From Pristiophorus japonicus (taxonomy: Eukaryota): a stretch of 64,000 bases of DNA. A program made the position numbers and the translations under genes. The notes below the pieces were generated by a model that saw only the letters and a list, made by a program, of their open reading frames with translations, had not been told where the DNA came from and searched no databases. Within the stretch, counting starts at the first letter, position 1, and each line of letters starts with the position of its first letter. Below, one piece after another: positions 38,101 to 48,815 of this stretch. The stretch spans positions 868,001 to 932,000 of the forward strand of contig NW_027251843.1 in NCBI RefSeq assembly GCF_044704955.1, written 5' to 3'.

Positions 38101-39187
38101 TTTAAGTGATGTAGGTTGAGGGATAAATATCGGCCTGAACTCGAGCCACAGAAACAGCAACTGAGAGTCTCCCCACAACCCTGGAGCACTGCAGCCGCCG
38201 GATTGCGAGCCCTGCTGCCCCTGTTTGTGATCAGAAGTTGGACAGGAGGTGAGCGGGGGCTGGACAGATCAGAGTTGGAGCTGGGGGAGGTGGGACCTCG
38301 GGAGTGTCAGTGTGCTGAGGCTGAGCTCAGTTATATCAGAGACTGTGACAGGAGCACAGACTTCCCCCAGCGAGCTCACTCACTCACACCCACACTCTGC
38401 CCGTGTCTCACACACCGTGTCTGTCACACTGAGACAGGCAGGAGGCTCGGGAGCGATTTCCGTGGATGGTGCAGGGATGGGACCGCAGTGTGCCAACGTC
38501 CAGATCTCCTCCACACGGTGGGTAACAGTTCGTTACTTATACTTTGCTGAGTGAAGGGGGAGTGTGGGTAAAGGAATACAGCCGGGTTCCCTGTCATACA
38601 CAGCACTCTTCAATTAACCCTTTCATTCACCGCAGCTCCCCACCATATTATATAACCCATACACAGGCACTGGAGAGGGTGCAGAGAAGGTTTACAAGGA
38701 TGGGACCAGAAATGCGAGGGTGTACATATCAGGAAAGGATGAACAGACTGGGGTTCTTTTCTCTTGAGGCTGAGGGGTGACCTGATAGAGGTCTTTAACA
38801 TTAGGAAAGGTTTTGATAGAGTGGATACAGAGAGAGTGTTTCCACTTGTGGGGAAGAGCAGAACTAGAGGCCATCAATATAAGATAGTCAGCAAGAAATC
38901 CAATCGGGAATTCAGGAGAAAATTCTTTACCCAGCAAGTGGTGAGAATGTGGAACTGGCTACCACAGGGAGTGATTGAAGTGAATAGTATCGATGTATTT
39001 AAGGGGAGGCTAGACAGGGATATGAGGGAGAAGGGAATAGAGGGTTATGCTGATAGATTTAGATGAGGAAAGACGGGAGGATCGAGTGTAATCATTTGTA
39101 AACTAACACCTTCGCATATTCAGCATTTGTATCGAAGAAAGATTCAGTATTTAAAGTGTTAATAACGGAGCATTGGAGTTTACTTAC

Positions 39188-39222
39188 TCAGTCTGAGCTT
39201 GGTTCCTTTACCGAACGTGAGC
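39188..39222 (-). CDS. IGKJ: Ig light chain J segment LTFGKGTKLRL
   Basis: Minus strand G CTC ACG TTC GGT AAA GGA ACC AAG CTC AGA CTG A|GTAAGT. It has the FGxG motif and a canonical phase-1 donor matching the C exon. Confidence 0.96.
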
Positions 39223-39261
39223 CACAGTGACAGTTTCCAGTGCAGCGGCTGTACAATATCC
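39223..39261 (-). other. J recombination signal sequence, 23-bp spacer
   Basis: Plus strand CACAGTG (39223-39229), 23 nt, ACAATATCC (39253-39261; 7/9 match to ACAAAAACC). V-12/J-23 is the kappa configuration. Confidence 0.93.
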
Positions 39262-39280
39262 TCCGTCCCTGGCTCATTCA

Positions 39281-39520
39281 GTCTCTCTCCCCCTCTCTCT
39301 GTCTGTGTGTGTGTGTGTGTGTCTCCCTCTGTCTCTTTCTCAGTGTCTCACTCTATCTGTTGCTCTCTCGGTTTCTCTCTCACTCTCCTTCATTTTTTCT
39401 CTCTCTCTCACCTTTCTCCTTCACTCTCTCTCTGCATCTTCCCCTCACTCACTCCCTCTCTCACTCAATCCCTCTATCTCTCTCTCTCCCTCATTCTCTC
39501 TCTCCCTCCCTCTCCCTGTG
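39281..39520. repeat. (CT)n/(GT)n low-complexity tract beside the J RSS
   Basis: Pyrimidine-rich microsatellite starting about 20 bp beyond the J nonamer. Confidence 0.85.
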
Positions 39521-39888
39521 TCCGAGCTGTCTGTGGCAGTGCCCAGGAGATCCGACGTGTTTGGGACAAATCTCCCAGCTGCCCTTCCCGCCCCATGAGA
39601 CGGTAACCCTGGGGCCATGGAATTGCTGGAGAATGAAAGTCTCCGTCACACAGGGCTCACCTCTTTGTGCCCCTTGAACAACGGGCTCCGTCTGCAAGCG
39701 AGATGTTTGTGTTGCTGACACAGGCCTTCCTCGGGGATCATTCTAAAATAACGAGTTTTAGGGGCTTTAGAAACCTGTTTGCTCAGTCCGTGACTCGTGT
39801 GCACATGGAGTGTGAGAGGATGCAGCCCCTCTTCCACTATTTGAAGGGGCTGCTCCTCGATTTCTGGCTCACTTCAGTCCCACGCTCC

Positions 39889-40380
39889 TGGGCCTGGTCA
39901 CCCGGTGCGGGGGGAGTGGGCAGGTCGGAGGGCCTCCCCGTGGGCCTGCTCCTGGGCCTGGCCACCCAGTGCCGGGGGAGTGGGCAGGTCGGAGGGCTTC
40001 CCCGTGGGCCTGCTCCTGGGTCTGGTCACCCGCTGCGGGTGGAGTGGGCAGGTCGGAGGGCTTCCCCGTGGGCCTGCTCCTGGGTCTGGTCACCCGCTGC
40101 GGGTGGAGTGGGCAGGTCGGAGGGCTTCCCCGTGGGCCTGCTCCTGGGTCTGGTCACCCGCTGCGGGTGGAGTGGGCAGGTCGGAGGGCTTCCCCGTGGG
40201 CCTGATCCTGGGTCTGGTCACCCGCTGCGGGTGGAGTAGGCAGGTCGGAGGGCCTCCCCGTGGGCCTGCTCCTGGGCCTGGCCACCCAGTGCCGGGGGAG
40301 TGGGCAGGTCGAAGGGCCTCCCCGTGGGCCTGCTCCTGGGTCTGGTCACCCGCTGCGGGTGGAGTGGGCAGGTCGGAGGT
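39889..40380. repeat. 64-bp G-rich tandem repeat (~7.6 copies) between V and J, expanded from a Tx1-like LINE fragment
   Basis: Unit GGTCACCCGCTGCGGGTGGAGTGGGCAGGTCGGAGGGCTTCCCCGTGGGCCTGCTCCTGGGTCT. It encodes GRSEG.PVGLLLG, as in Tx1-like ORF 32350-32730 (GRSEGLLVGLLLG). Confidence 0.92.
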
Positions 40381-40941
40381 GACCATCCACAGGTCTCAGT
40401 TGGAAGGGGCCCATGGGGTGGCCGCACTGCCTGCCTGTCTCCCTTCGGGGGCTTTGTCCACACCCGGGTGGACCTGGGGACGGAGCCCAGGTTAGGTCTG
40501 AGGCCTTCTGCGACGGGTGGGCACCGCAGGGCCTTGAGTGTGGGGTGGGCAGGGAAAGAGCATGACCATTTCACTTGTTCACTGTCCTATCATGTTTATG
40601 CTTTGGGTTTAATAAGTTGTGGCCCTCTCAATAGTGGGGGGTTTGTGAGATTATTTGGATTGAGGACACAGGACCACCCAGTGTCTCCGTGCTGTCTGAA
40701 TGTACAGAGTAGAGCTGTGAGATTCTCAGTGATGAAGACACAGCCCCAACTCCTCTCTGACCCACCCCATCCTTTCCCAATTCACTGCAGCTTCCAGCTG
40801 AATATTCCTGCCGTCACTCCCATCGAGCTGTGTGTCAGTCATGTGTAAAACCGTACAGGAGGTGGGGCTGTGTGTCCATTATTATATATTATATATAACT
40901 GTGGGGTGAGTCAGTACAGGAGGTGGGGCTGTGTATATTGA

Positions 40942-40969
40942 GGTTTTTGTACGGCTGTGTATCACAGTG
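40942..40969 (-). other. V recombination signal sequence, 12-bp spacer
   Basis: Coding strand: CACTGTG (40969-40963), 12 nt, ACAAAAACC (40950-40942). The nonamer is perfect; the heptamer differs from CACAGTG at position 4. Confidence 0.95.
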
Positions 40970-41271
40970 TAGAGGGTAGTTGCTATATTGCTGACAGTAA
41001 TAGTCTGCGACATCCTCGCTCTGCACGTTGCTGATGCTCAGGGTGAACATGTTGGACTGTTGACTGCCGGTGAAGCGATTGGAGGTTCCAGTGAAACGAG
41101 CTGTTGCTGCATAGATCAGCAGAGTGGGTTTCTGCCCGGCTTTCTGCTGGTACCAAGCAACATAACCGCTGCTAACAGATGCACTGGCGGTACAGGTGAT
41201 GGTTGCAGTCTGTCCCTCACTCACTGACAGCACCGGGGGAGACTGGGTCATGATGATGTCCCCACTGATAC
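40970..41271 (-). CDS. IGKV: Ig light chain V exon, kappa type (shark type III/NS4-like), unrearranged
   Basis: TTTCAG|GT acceptor. Translation is (G)[100 protein letters not shown]. Both Cys, WYQQK, LLIY and DxADYYC are present with no stops, and an RSS follows directly. Confidence 0.96.
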
Positions 41272-41460
41272 CTGAAATGGGGAAATGGGGAAAGAAAGTG
41301 AAGTAAGCACTGTCACAGAAAGACGCTGTAAAATGAGAGATTGCTCGAGACACTGAGCTCTCCTCTAGTGTCAGCATTTGCCCTTCAATCACTGGTCAGT
41401 CAAGTTGGACAGAAATCGACAGCAGGGAGATATTAAACGCGGAAGGAGAGAGATTGGTAC

Positions 41461-41509
41461 CTGCGACACAGAATGCCAAAGGCCAGATCAGCTGGATGGG
41501 TGAAATCAT
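41461..41509 (-). CDS. IGKV: Ig kappa-type light chain leader exon (L-part1), MISPIQLIWPLAFCVA(G)
   Basis: Minus strand reads ACC ATG ATT TCA CCC ATC CAG CTG ATC TGG CCT TTG GCA TTC TGT GTC GCA G|GTACC. This is a 49-nt phase-1 hydrophobic exon with a GT donor, 189 bp upstream of the V exon acceptor. Confidence 0.92.
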
Positions 41510-41568
41510 GGTGTCTGCTCCTGTCCCTGTGCCTGCTTACTGATAAACTGCCCTTCACTGGGCTCTGC

Positions 41569-41665
41569 TTTATAAACCTGCAGCCTGTGAGAGTCTCACT
41601 GCCCATCCCTCAGTATGTAAATGTCTTCACACAGAGAAAGCCACGTCAGCACATTTCACTTCCTC
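41569..41665 (-). promoter_or_regulatory. V promoter: TATA, variant octamer, CRE/XBP1-like site, Ets-IRF composite element
   Basis: TTTATAAA 41569-41576; ATTTACAT (light-chain octamer is ATTTGCAT) 41615-41622; TGACGTGG 41641-41648; GAGGAAGTGAAA 41654-41665. All lie 60-160 bp upstream of the ATG. Confidence 0.7.
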
Positions 41666-42254
41666 TTCTTCTCTCCCTCCATCTCCTTCCCGGTTCCTCT
41701 CTCTCTCTCTCTCTCTCTCAGCCTTCATTGCCCTATGTCTCACAGCTTTCCTCTACACCTCTCTGTCTCTGATTCATAGCCTCTCTCTCCCCGTTTCACT
41801 CTCTGTGTCACTCTCCCTTCCCCACAGACTCCCGGTGCAGCACACTAAAATGCAGAGTAAACCTCCCTGTGCCCTGCCCCATCAATGGATGTTAACCGTT
41901 GACCCCAGAAAATGCATTCTCCTGGAGTAAGGCCCCATTCCCCACAGTGGCCATCCCTTGGCCTCTCTCAGTGCACTGGCTGTTTATTGCCCAATTAAGG
42001 GCCTTTTCTCAGTGGAGACCAGTTTGGACAGAAAGCTGATTTCATGAAGGCCCAGCAGAGGGAGGAGATCCTCACCCCATCAGTGTGAGCTGGAGCGACA
42101 GGACAGAGTCTGACCCACTGCCCCATCCTGTCCGCTCAGAACACCTACGAATCCTTTCCCCTTCCATGGCCCCGCTCCAGGTCAGGAGTTTTTGCTGGGA
42201 TCAGGTGCCGACGATCCAACATTTACAACAGGAAGGATGCACACTCCACATCCC

Positions 42255-42680
42255 ACTGGTTCTCCAATAGGGCCCACAAAACATAGCCCCTTCCTATAGG
42301 TCCTCCAATAGGGGCCAGGAAACATGGCTCCTTCCTTTTGATCCCCCAATAGGGACCAGGAAACATCGATCCTTCCTATTGGTCCCCCAATAGGGACCAG
42401 GAACCATCGTTCCTTCCTATTGGTCATCGAATAGGGCCCAGGAAACATGGCTCCTTCCTATTGTTCCTCGAATAGGGCCCAGGAAACATGGCTCCTTCCT
42501 ACTGGTCCTCGAATAGGTCGCGTGAAACATGATACCTTCCTATTGGTCCCCCAATAGGAACCAGGAAACATGGTCCCTTCCTGTTGATCCCCAAATAGGG
42601 ACCAAGAAACATGGCTCTTTCCTATTGGTCCTCCAATAGGGATCAGGAAACATGGCTCCTTCCTACTGGTTTTCCAATAG
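42255..42680. repeat. 41-bp palindromic minisatellite (~10 copies) upstream of V
   Basis: Unit GGAAACATGGCTCCTTCCTATTGGTCCTCCAATAGGGACCA at 42318, 42359, 42400, 42441 and onward; one more unit at ~44150-44198. Confidence 0.92.
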
Positions 42681-43555
42681 TGTGAGGTGGAGCATTGTCG
42701 TTAGGAAGATCGAGAATAGGGTTTGTGCGTTAATGCAGCCCTGCTTGACTCCGGTCCGAATGTGGATTGCGTCTATGATGGATCCGTTGGTTAGGACCAT
42801 GGCTTGCATGTCGTCGTGGTGCAGGCTGAGAATGGGGACAAACTTTTGGGGGCAGCCGAAATGGAGGAGGATGGTCCACAGACCCTCGCGGTTAACAGTG
42901 TCAAAGGCCATTGTAAGGTCAAAGGTGGCCATGGACAAGGGTTGGTGCTGTTCCCTGATTTTCTCTTGCAGTTGTCGCGCCGTAAATATCATGTCCGTTG
43001 TACCCCGTAGTGGACGGAATCCGCATTTTGACTCCGGCAGGAGCTCCTCAGCCACAGGGAGAAGACGGTTGAGGAGGATTCTCGCGATGACTTTCCCAAT
43101 GGCTGATAACAGGGAGATTCCTCTGCTGTTGCCGCAGTCGAACTTGTCCCCTTTTTTAAAGATGGATCACGATTACTGCATCTCTGCGATCTCCCGGCAT
43201 GCTCTCCTCCCTCCAGGTGAGAGAGATGAGGTCATGCATTCATGTCAATAGTGACGCTCTGCCATACATTAATGCCTCAGCGGGGATTCCATCCGTCCCC
43301 GATGCCTTGTTGCTCTTGAGCTGACAGATGGCCTTTTCAACCTCGTGCAGGGCTGGGGTTTTACTGAGAAGGTGATGGGTAGCATGCTGCACGATGGAGT
43401 CAAGGACACTCAGATCTAAGGCAGATTCTCGATTAAGGAGATCTTCAAAGTGTTCCTTCCAGCAGGTTCTGACTGCCTCAGTGTCCTTGATGGGTGTCTC
43501 CTCGTTCTTGGCCAGCAGTGGGGTGGGGCCTTGGGTGCTTGGGCCGTAGGTGGAT
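42680..43555 (-). mobile_element. RTE-clade LINE RT fragment
   Basis: ELLPESKCGFRPLRGTTDMIFTARQLQEK..EQ..PL...FDL..AFDTVNR, GVKQGC. Confidence 0.85.
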
Positions 43556-43809
43556 TGACTGCGGTGTAAGTATTTTACCTACCCCTAAATCCCTAAAATC
43601 CCGTACGCAAGGTCCCACTACCCATCGCCCATCCTCGGCCTACCTTCCAGGTCGACCTGCCTACTGCCATGTCCCTCCAGCTGAACCCTCGCTGCTCACT
43701 CCCCGTTGGCCGACTCAGCTGCTCCAACCTATCCCGGCGAACTCAACAGCTGGGAGCCTCCGACCCGCCCCATCCACAGGTTTGGGCCCGACCTTCACTC
43801 CTCACCCTA

Positions 43810-44000
43810 ACGTACGGGCCTCCCTCCCTCCCTCCCTCCCCCCCGGCGATGCTCGGGCCTCCCTCCCTCCCCCCCGGCGATGCTCGGGCCTCCCTCCCTC
43901 CCTCCCCCCCAGGCGATGCTCGGGCCTCCCTCCCTCCCCCCGCCCCCCACCCGGTGACACTCGTGCCTCCCTCACTCCCGGCGACGCTCGGGCCTCCTTC
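43810..44000. repeat. GC-rich degenerate tandem repeat (~30-35 bp unit)
   Basis: CGGCGATGCTCGGGCCTCCCTCCCTCCCCCC, about 5 copies. Confidence 0.75.
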
Positions 44001-44303
44001 CGGCCGCTGACCCCACTCAGCGGCGGAGTCCATGGTGAGCACAATGTCTGTGGTCTCTCTGACCTTTCCTCCTTCCACAAAATGGATCTCTGACCATCAC
44101 AATACCTGCCCTCAGATAGGCCTTGGTTTTCTCACTGAATGATGCCGCTCCTCCACTAGAGACCAGGAAACATGGCTCCTTCCTATTGGTTCTCCAAAGA
44201 CTGAGCTTCGAACGCCACATCCTCTTATTTCCATCTCCAACGCTGCCCATCTCCGCCCTACATCAGTCCCTTGATGGAAGAAACCCATGGCTCTGCTTGG
44301 CTC

Positions 44304-44500
44304 TGTTGTGTATCTGTAAAGCATGCACTCCCATGTTCTGCCACCAGGGAGCACATCCCCTGAAGTCCCAAGGGATCCCAGCATCCCTTGGGAGCACTGT
44401 ATATAAGCCAGTCCCTAAGGCCTGTTCCTCACTCTGGACTGTCTTGATAAAGACTGAGGTCACTATTAATTTAACCTCCCTGTGTGCAGTCTCATCTCTG
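44304..44500 (+). mobile_element. Solo LTR-like element
   Basis: TGTTG start, GCCACCAGGGAG, TATATAA and a GATAAA poly(A)-like signal; related to 4224-4403. Confidence 0.55.
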
Positions 44501-44600
44501 AACTCGATTATTTCGTTGTCCCCTCCTGGCTTCCTTCATCCGCTCTCCATAAACCCCAACTTTCCAAAATGCAGTGTCCGTACCCTGCCTCACTCCAATA

Positions 44601-44671
44601 TGAACCCTGACCTCACTGACCTACTACCTCTCACCTCACTGACCTACTGCCCCTGACCTCACTGACCTACT
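44601..44671. repeat. 23-bp tandem repeat x3 built from TGACCT
   Basis: TGACCTCACTGACCTACT at 44608 and 44654, with a variant at 44631. Confidence 0.8.
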
Positions 44672-45374
44672 CATCATCATCATTGGCGGTCCCTCGAACG
44701 AGGATGACTTGCTTCCAAATTAGTTCACAGATGTTTCAATGAAGGACCCGATGATCCTGAACTCCAATTGAGGGGCTGGAAGATGCCTGTGCGTGGATTT
44801 TTTTTAACATGTGTGACCGTTGCAAATCAGCCACCACACGGGCTTGACAGAGCTAGGCCTTTATCCAGTGGCAAAGATTAACCCGGATGACTGGAGGCCT
44901 GCTCTGCACGGACCCAGTGCGCTTACATATCGCAGTATGGGCTGGCCCGTGCTGCCCCTGGGCCCTCGGCTCTTTTGGTCCCCGATCCCTCATTTGCCGC
45001 ACCTCCACCACGATCCCTCACCGCTCCACCGCCACCAACATTCGCCGCACCTCCGCCACGATCTCTCGCCGCACCTCTGCGCCAAACAGTCGCCTGACCT
45101 CCACCACGATCTCCCGCCGCACCTCCGCACCAAACATTTGCCGGACTTCCGCCACGATCACCAACCGAATCTCAGCCACGATCCCTCATCGCTCCTCCAC
45201 CTCGATCACTCACCACACTTCCCCGCGACCTTCCCACTCCTCTGCTTTACCTGGGTCCGCCGATGTTCCTGCCCACGCTCCAAATGCCGACCTGGGTCCT
45301 GATGACATCACCCAATCACCCACCTCGAAGCCATCGCTCACTTGGAGCAGCTCGCGCTGGAAGTTCTCATGGTA

Positions 45375-47820
45375 TGATTGTAGTGGGTGATTTTAACCTA
45401 CACATTGATTGGACAAATCAAATTGGTCAGGGTAGCCTTGAAGAAGAGTTGATCGAGTGCATAAGGGACGGGTTCCTTGTACAGTATGTAAAGAAACTAA
45501 CCGGGGGCAGGCTATCTTAGATCTGGTCTTGTGCAATGAGACAGGATTAATAAACAATCTCCCAATAAACGATCCCCTTGGAATGAGTGACCATATCATG
45601 GTTGAATTTCAAATTTAGATCGAGGGCGAGAAAGTTGAATCTCAAACTAGTATACTAAGATTAAATAAAGGAGACTACAAAAGTATGAGGGCAGAGTTGG
45701 TTAAAGTGGACTGGGAAAATAGATTAAAATGTAGGACGGTTAATGAACATTTGAGGAGATATTTAATCACTCTCAAGAAAAATATATTCCAGTGAGGAGG
45801 AAAGGATGTAAAAGAAAAGATAGCCATCCGTGGCTAACTAAAGAAATAAAAGACGGTATCCAATTTAAAAACAAGGGCATACAAGGTGGCCAAAATTCGT
45901 AGGAGGACAGAAGACTGGGAAGCTTTTAAAATCCAGCAAAGAATGACTAAAAAAATGATTAAGAAATGGAAGATGAAAGTAAACTAGCACAAAATATAAA
46001 AACAGATAGCAAGAGTTTCTACAGGTATATAAAAAGGAAAAGAGCGGATAAAATAAATGTTGGTCCCTTAGAGGACGAGACTGGGGAATTAGTCATGGGG
46101 AACATGGGGAACATGGAGATGGCAGAAACACTGAGCAAATATTTTGTAGCAATCTTTACAGTAGAGGACACTAAAAATATCCCAACAGTGCATAGTCAGG
46201 GGTCTATGGGGGGGAGAGGAACTTCACACAATCACAATCACTAAGGAGGTGGTTCTCAGTAAGATAATGGGACTAAAGGCGGATAAATCCACTGGACCTG
46301 ATGGCTTGCATTCTAGGGTCTTAAGAGAAGTAACGACAGGGATAGTGGATGCATTGGTTGTAATTTACCGAAATTCCCTGGATTCTGGGGAGATCCCAGC
46401 AGATTGGAAAACTGCAAATGTAATGCCCATATTAAAAAAAGGATGCAGACAAAAAACAGGAAACTATAGAACAGTTGGGGAAATATTAAAGAAATAGTAG
46501 CAGGACATTTGGAAAATCATAATTCAGTCAGGCAGAGTCAGAATGGATTTATGAAGGGGAAGTCATGTTTGACAAATTTGCTGGAATTCTTTGAGGATGT
46601 AATGAGCAGGGTGGATAAAGGGGAACCAGTGGATGTGGTGTATTTGGATTTCCAGAAGGCATTCAATAAGGTGCCACATTAAAGGCACAGGATAAAAGTT
46701 CACGGAGTTGGGGGTAATATATAAACATGGATAGAGGATTGGCTAACTAACAGAAAACAGAGTCGTGATAAATGGTTCATTCTCGGGTTGGCAATCAGTC
46801 ACTAGTGGGATGCTGCAGGAATCAGTGCTGGGACCCCAATTATTTACAATCTATATCAACGACTTGGAAGAAGGGACCGAGTGTAATGTAGCCAAGTTTG
46901 CTGACAATATAAAGAAAGGAGTAAACACAAGGTATGAGGAGGAAACAAAAAACCTGCAAAAGGACATAGACAGGCTAAGTGAATGGGCAAAAATTTGGGA
47001 GATGGAATATAATGTTGGAAAGTGTGAGGTTATACACTTTGTCAGAAAAAAATCAAAGAGCAAGTTATTATTTAAATGGAGAAAAATAACAAAGTGTTGC
47101 AGTGCAGCGGGAACTGGGGGTCCTGGTGCATGAAACACAAAAGGTTATTATGCAGGTTCAGCAAGTGATCAGGAAGGCCAATGCAATCTTGGCCTTTATT
47201 GCAAAGGGGATGGAGTATAAATGCAAGGAAGTGTTTGCTACAGTTATACCGGGTATTGGTGAAGCCACAACTGGAATACTGCGTGCAGTTTTGGTTTCCA
47301 TATTTAAGAAAGGATACACTTGCTTTGGAGGCATTCAGAGAAGGTTCACTAGGTTGATTCCGTAGATGAGGGCAATGACTTATGAGGAAAGGTTGAGTAG
47401 GTTGGGCCTATACTGAATGGAAATCAGAAGAATGAAAGGTGATCTTATCGAAACATGTAAGATTATGAGGGTGCTTGACAAGGTGGATGCAGAGGCTGTT
47501 TCCACTGATAGGGGAGACAAGAACTAGGAGGCATAATCTTAGAATAAGGGGCCGCCCATTTAAAACTGAAATGTGGAGGAATTTCTTCTCTGAGGGTTGT
47601 AAATCTGTGGAATTCGCTGCCTCAGAGAGTTGTGGAAGATGGGTCATTGAATAAATTTAAGACAGAAATAGACAGTTTCTTAACTGATAAGGGAATAAGG
47701 AGTTATGGAGAGCAAGCAGGGAAGTGGACCTGAGTCCATGATCGGATCAGCCATGATCATATTAAAAGGCGGAGCAGGCTCGAGGGGCCGTAGGCCTACT
47801 CCTGCTATTTCTTATGTTCT
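45375..47820 (+). mobile_element. CR1 ORF2 fragment upstream of V
   Basis: GDFN, GPDGLH, ESVLGP, KFADN and a 3' tail TTCTTATGTTC. Confidence 0.9.
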
Positions 47821-48364
47821 AATCCCTCCTCCTCTCCAGCTCTCTCTCCTCCATCTAACGCCATCCTTTCACCCAGGCCTTCAATCACCCTTCCTAAAGC
47901 CCCCCGAAACCCCGCTCCCCACGTTCTTACAGCAGCGATGTGAAGTGTCTTGTGACCTTTGGCACGTTAAAGGCCCCAGATCAATGCAGACTGTGTGTGG
48001 ATTTCGGGTGAGGACAGTGCTGGACACAGTGGTGAGGCCTCCTGCAGTCAGATATCCTGGTGATATGGTGATAGGGTCCAGGCTTACACACGTGGAATGA
48101 GGAAGTAGGTGAGGTCGGAATGTGCTGTCGGGGACAATGGAACTGGACCCCAGCATGAAGCCTTCCTCAGGAGAGGAGAGGGAATGTTCAGAGCCCTGGA
48201 CTCCATTTCCCACACCAGGCATTTCCTGTCCCAGTGAATGAATGAGATGCCAATGTTGTGCCCAGGTTAGGGGCAGTCTAATGCTGTGGGCCCAGGTCTA
48301 CAAGAGGGAATTGGATATATACTTGAAAAGGAACAATTTGCTGGATTACGGGGAAATAGAGGGG

Positions 48365-48815
48365 GGGTGGGACTAATTGGGTAATTCTTTCAAAGAGCTG
48401 GCACAGGCACGATGGGCCGAATGGCCTCCTTCTGTGCTGTAAGATTCGAGGCTGTGAGCGCGGTTCACAGTTTTCTCCCGCGTCATTAACAAACGTACAG
48501 CTGTGACAACCTCCCTCTTTCACTTCCTCTGTGGGTGAAGTTTTATTCTTCCGATCTGACAGTCTCTTCAGTTATTTTTTGCACGGGGGATTTCTGCTGT
48601 GGTCTGAGTCTCTAATAATAACCGTCCAATCAGGCAGAATAACAGCAGCTCGGACCGGCTAGGACAGCGGACCCAGGCTCAGTGCTGACCTTGCAACGAC
48701 CTCCTCACCAACATCTGGGGACTTGTGTCAAAAGTGGGAGAGCTGCCCCACAGACGAGTCAAACACCAGCCTGACATAGTCCTACTCACAGAATCAGACC
48801 TTTCAGCCAATGTCC
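48365..48815 (+). repeat. Left arm of an inverted duplication (partner 58455-58905) containing a unique regulatory-like segment
   Basis: ORF 48278-48523 (-) is nearly identical to 58686-58979 (+). The segment contains TTTCACTTCCTC, CAGCTG, GGGGGATTTC, TGTGGT and CCAAT. Confidence 0.9.

Noticed and set aside
38480-38545. Possible second J segment (CACCGTG heptamer-like on the minus strand)
   Set aside because: No FGxG motif, no nonamer at the correct spacing and no suitably placed splice donor.
39889-40380. Class-switch (S) region
   Set aside because: This is a light-chain locus, the array lies between V and J, its unit lacks the dense AGCT motifs of S regions, and it derives from LINE coding sequence.
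39667-40848. Long overlapping ORFs between V and J
   Set aside because: Products of the GC-rich 64-bp repeat in a Tx1 fragment.
40889-41392. ORF-track 167-aa protein as the true V product
   Set aside because: Its N-terminus is L-V intron and its C-terminus reads through the RSS. The real exon is 40970-41271.
34752-42680. 45-, 64- and 41-bp arrays as CRISPR-like loci
   Set aside because: They are head-to-tail repeats without unique spacers, with no cas genes, in a vertebrate context.
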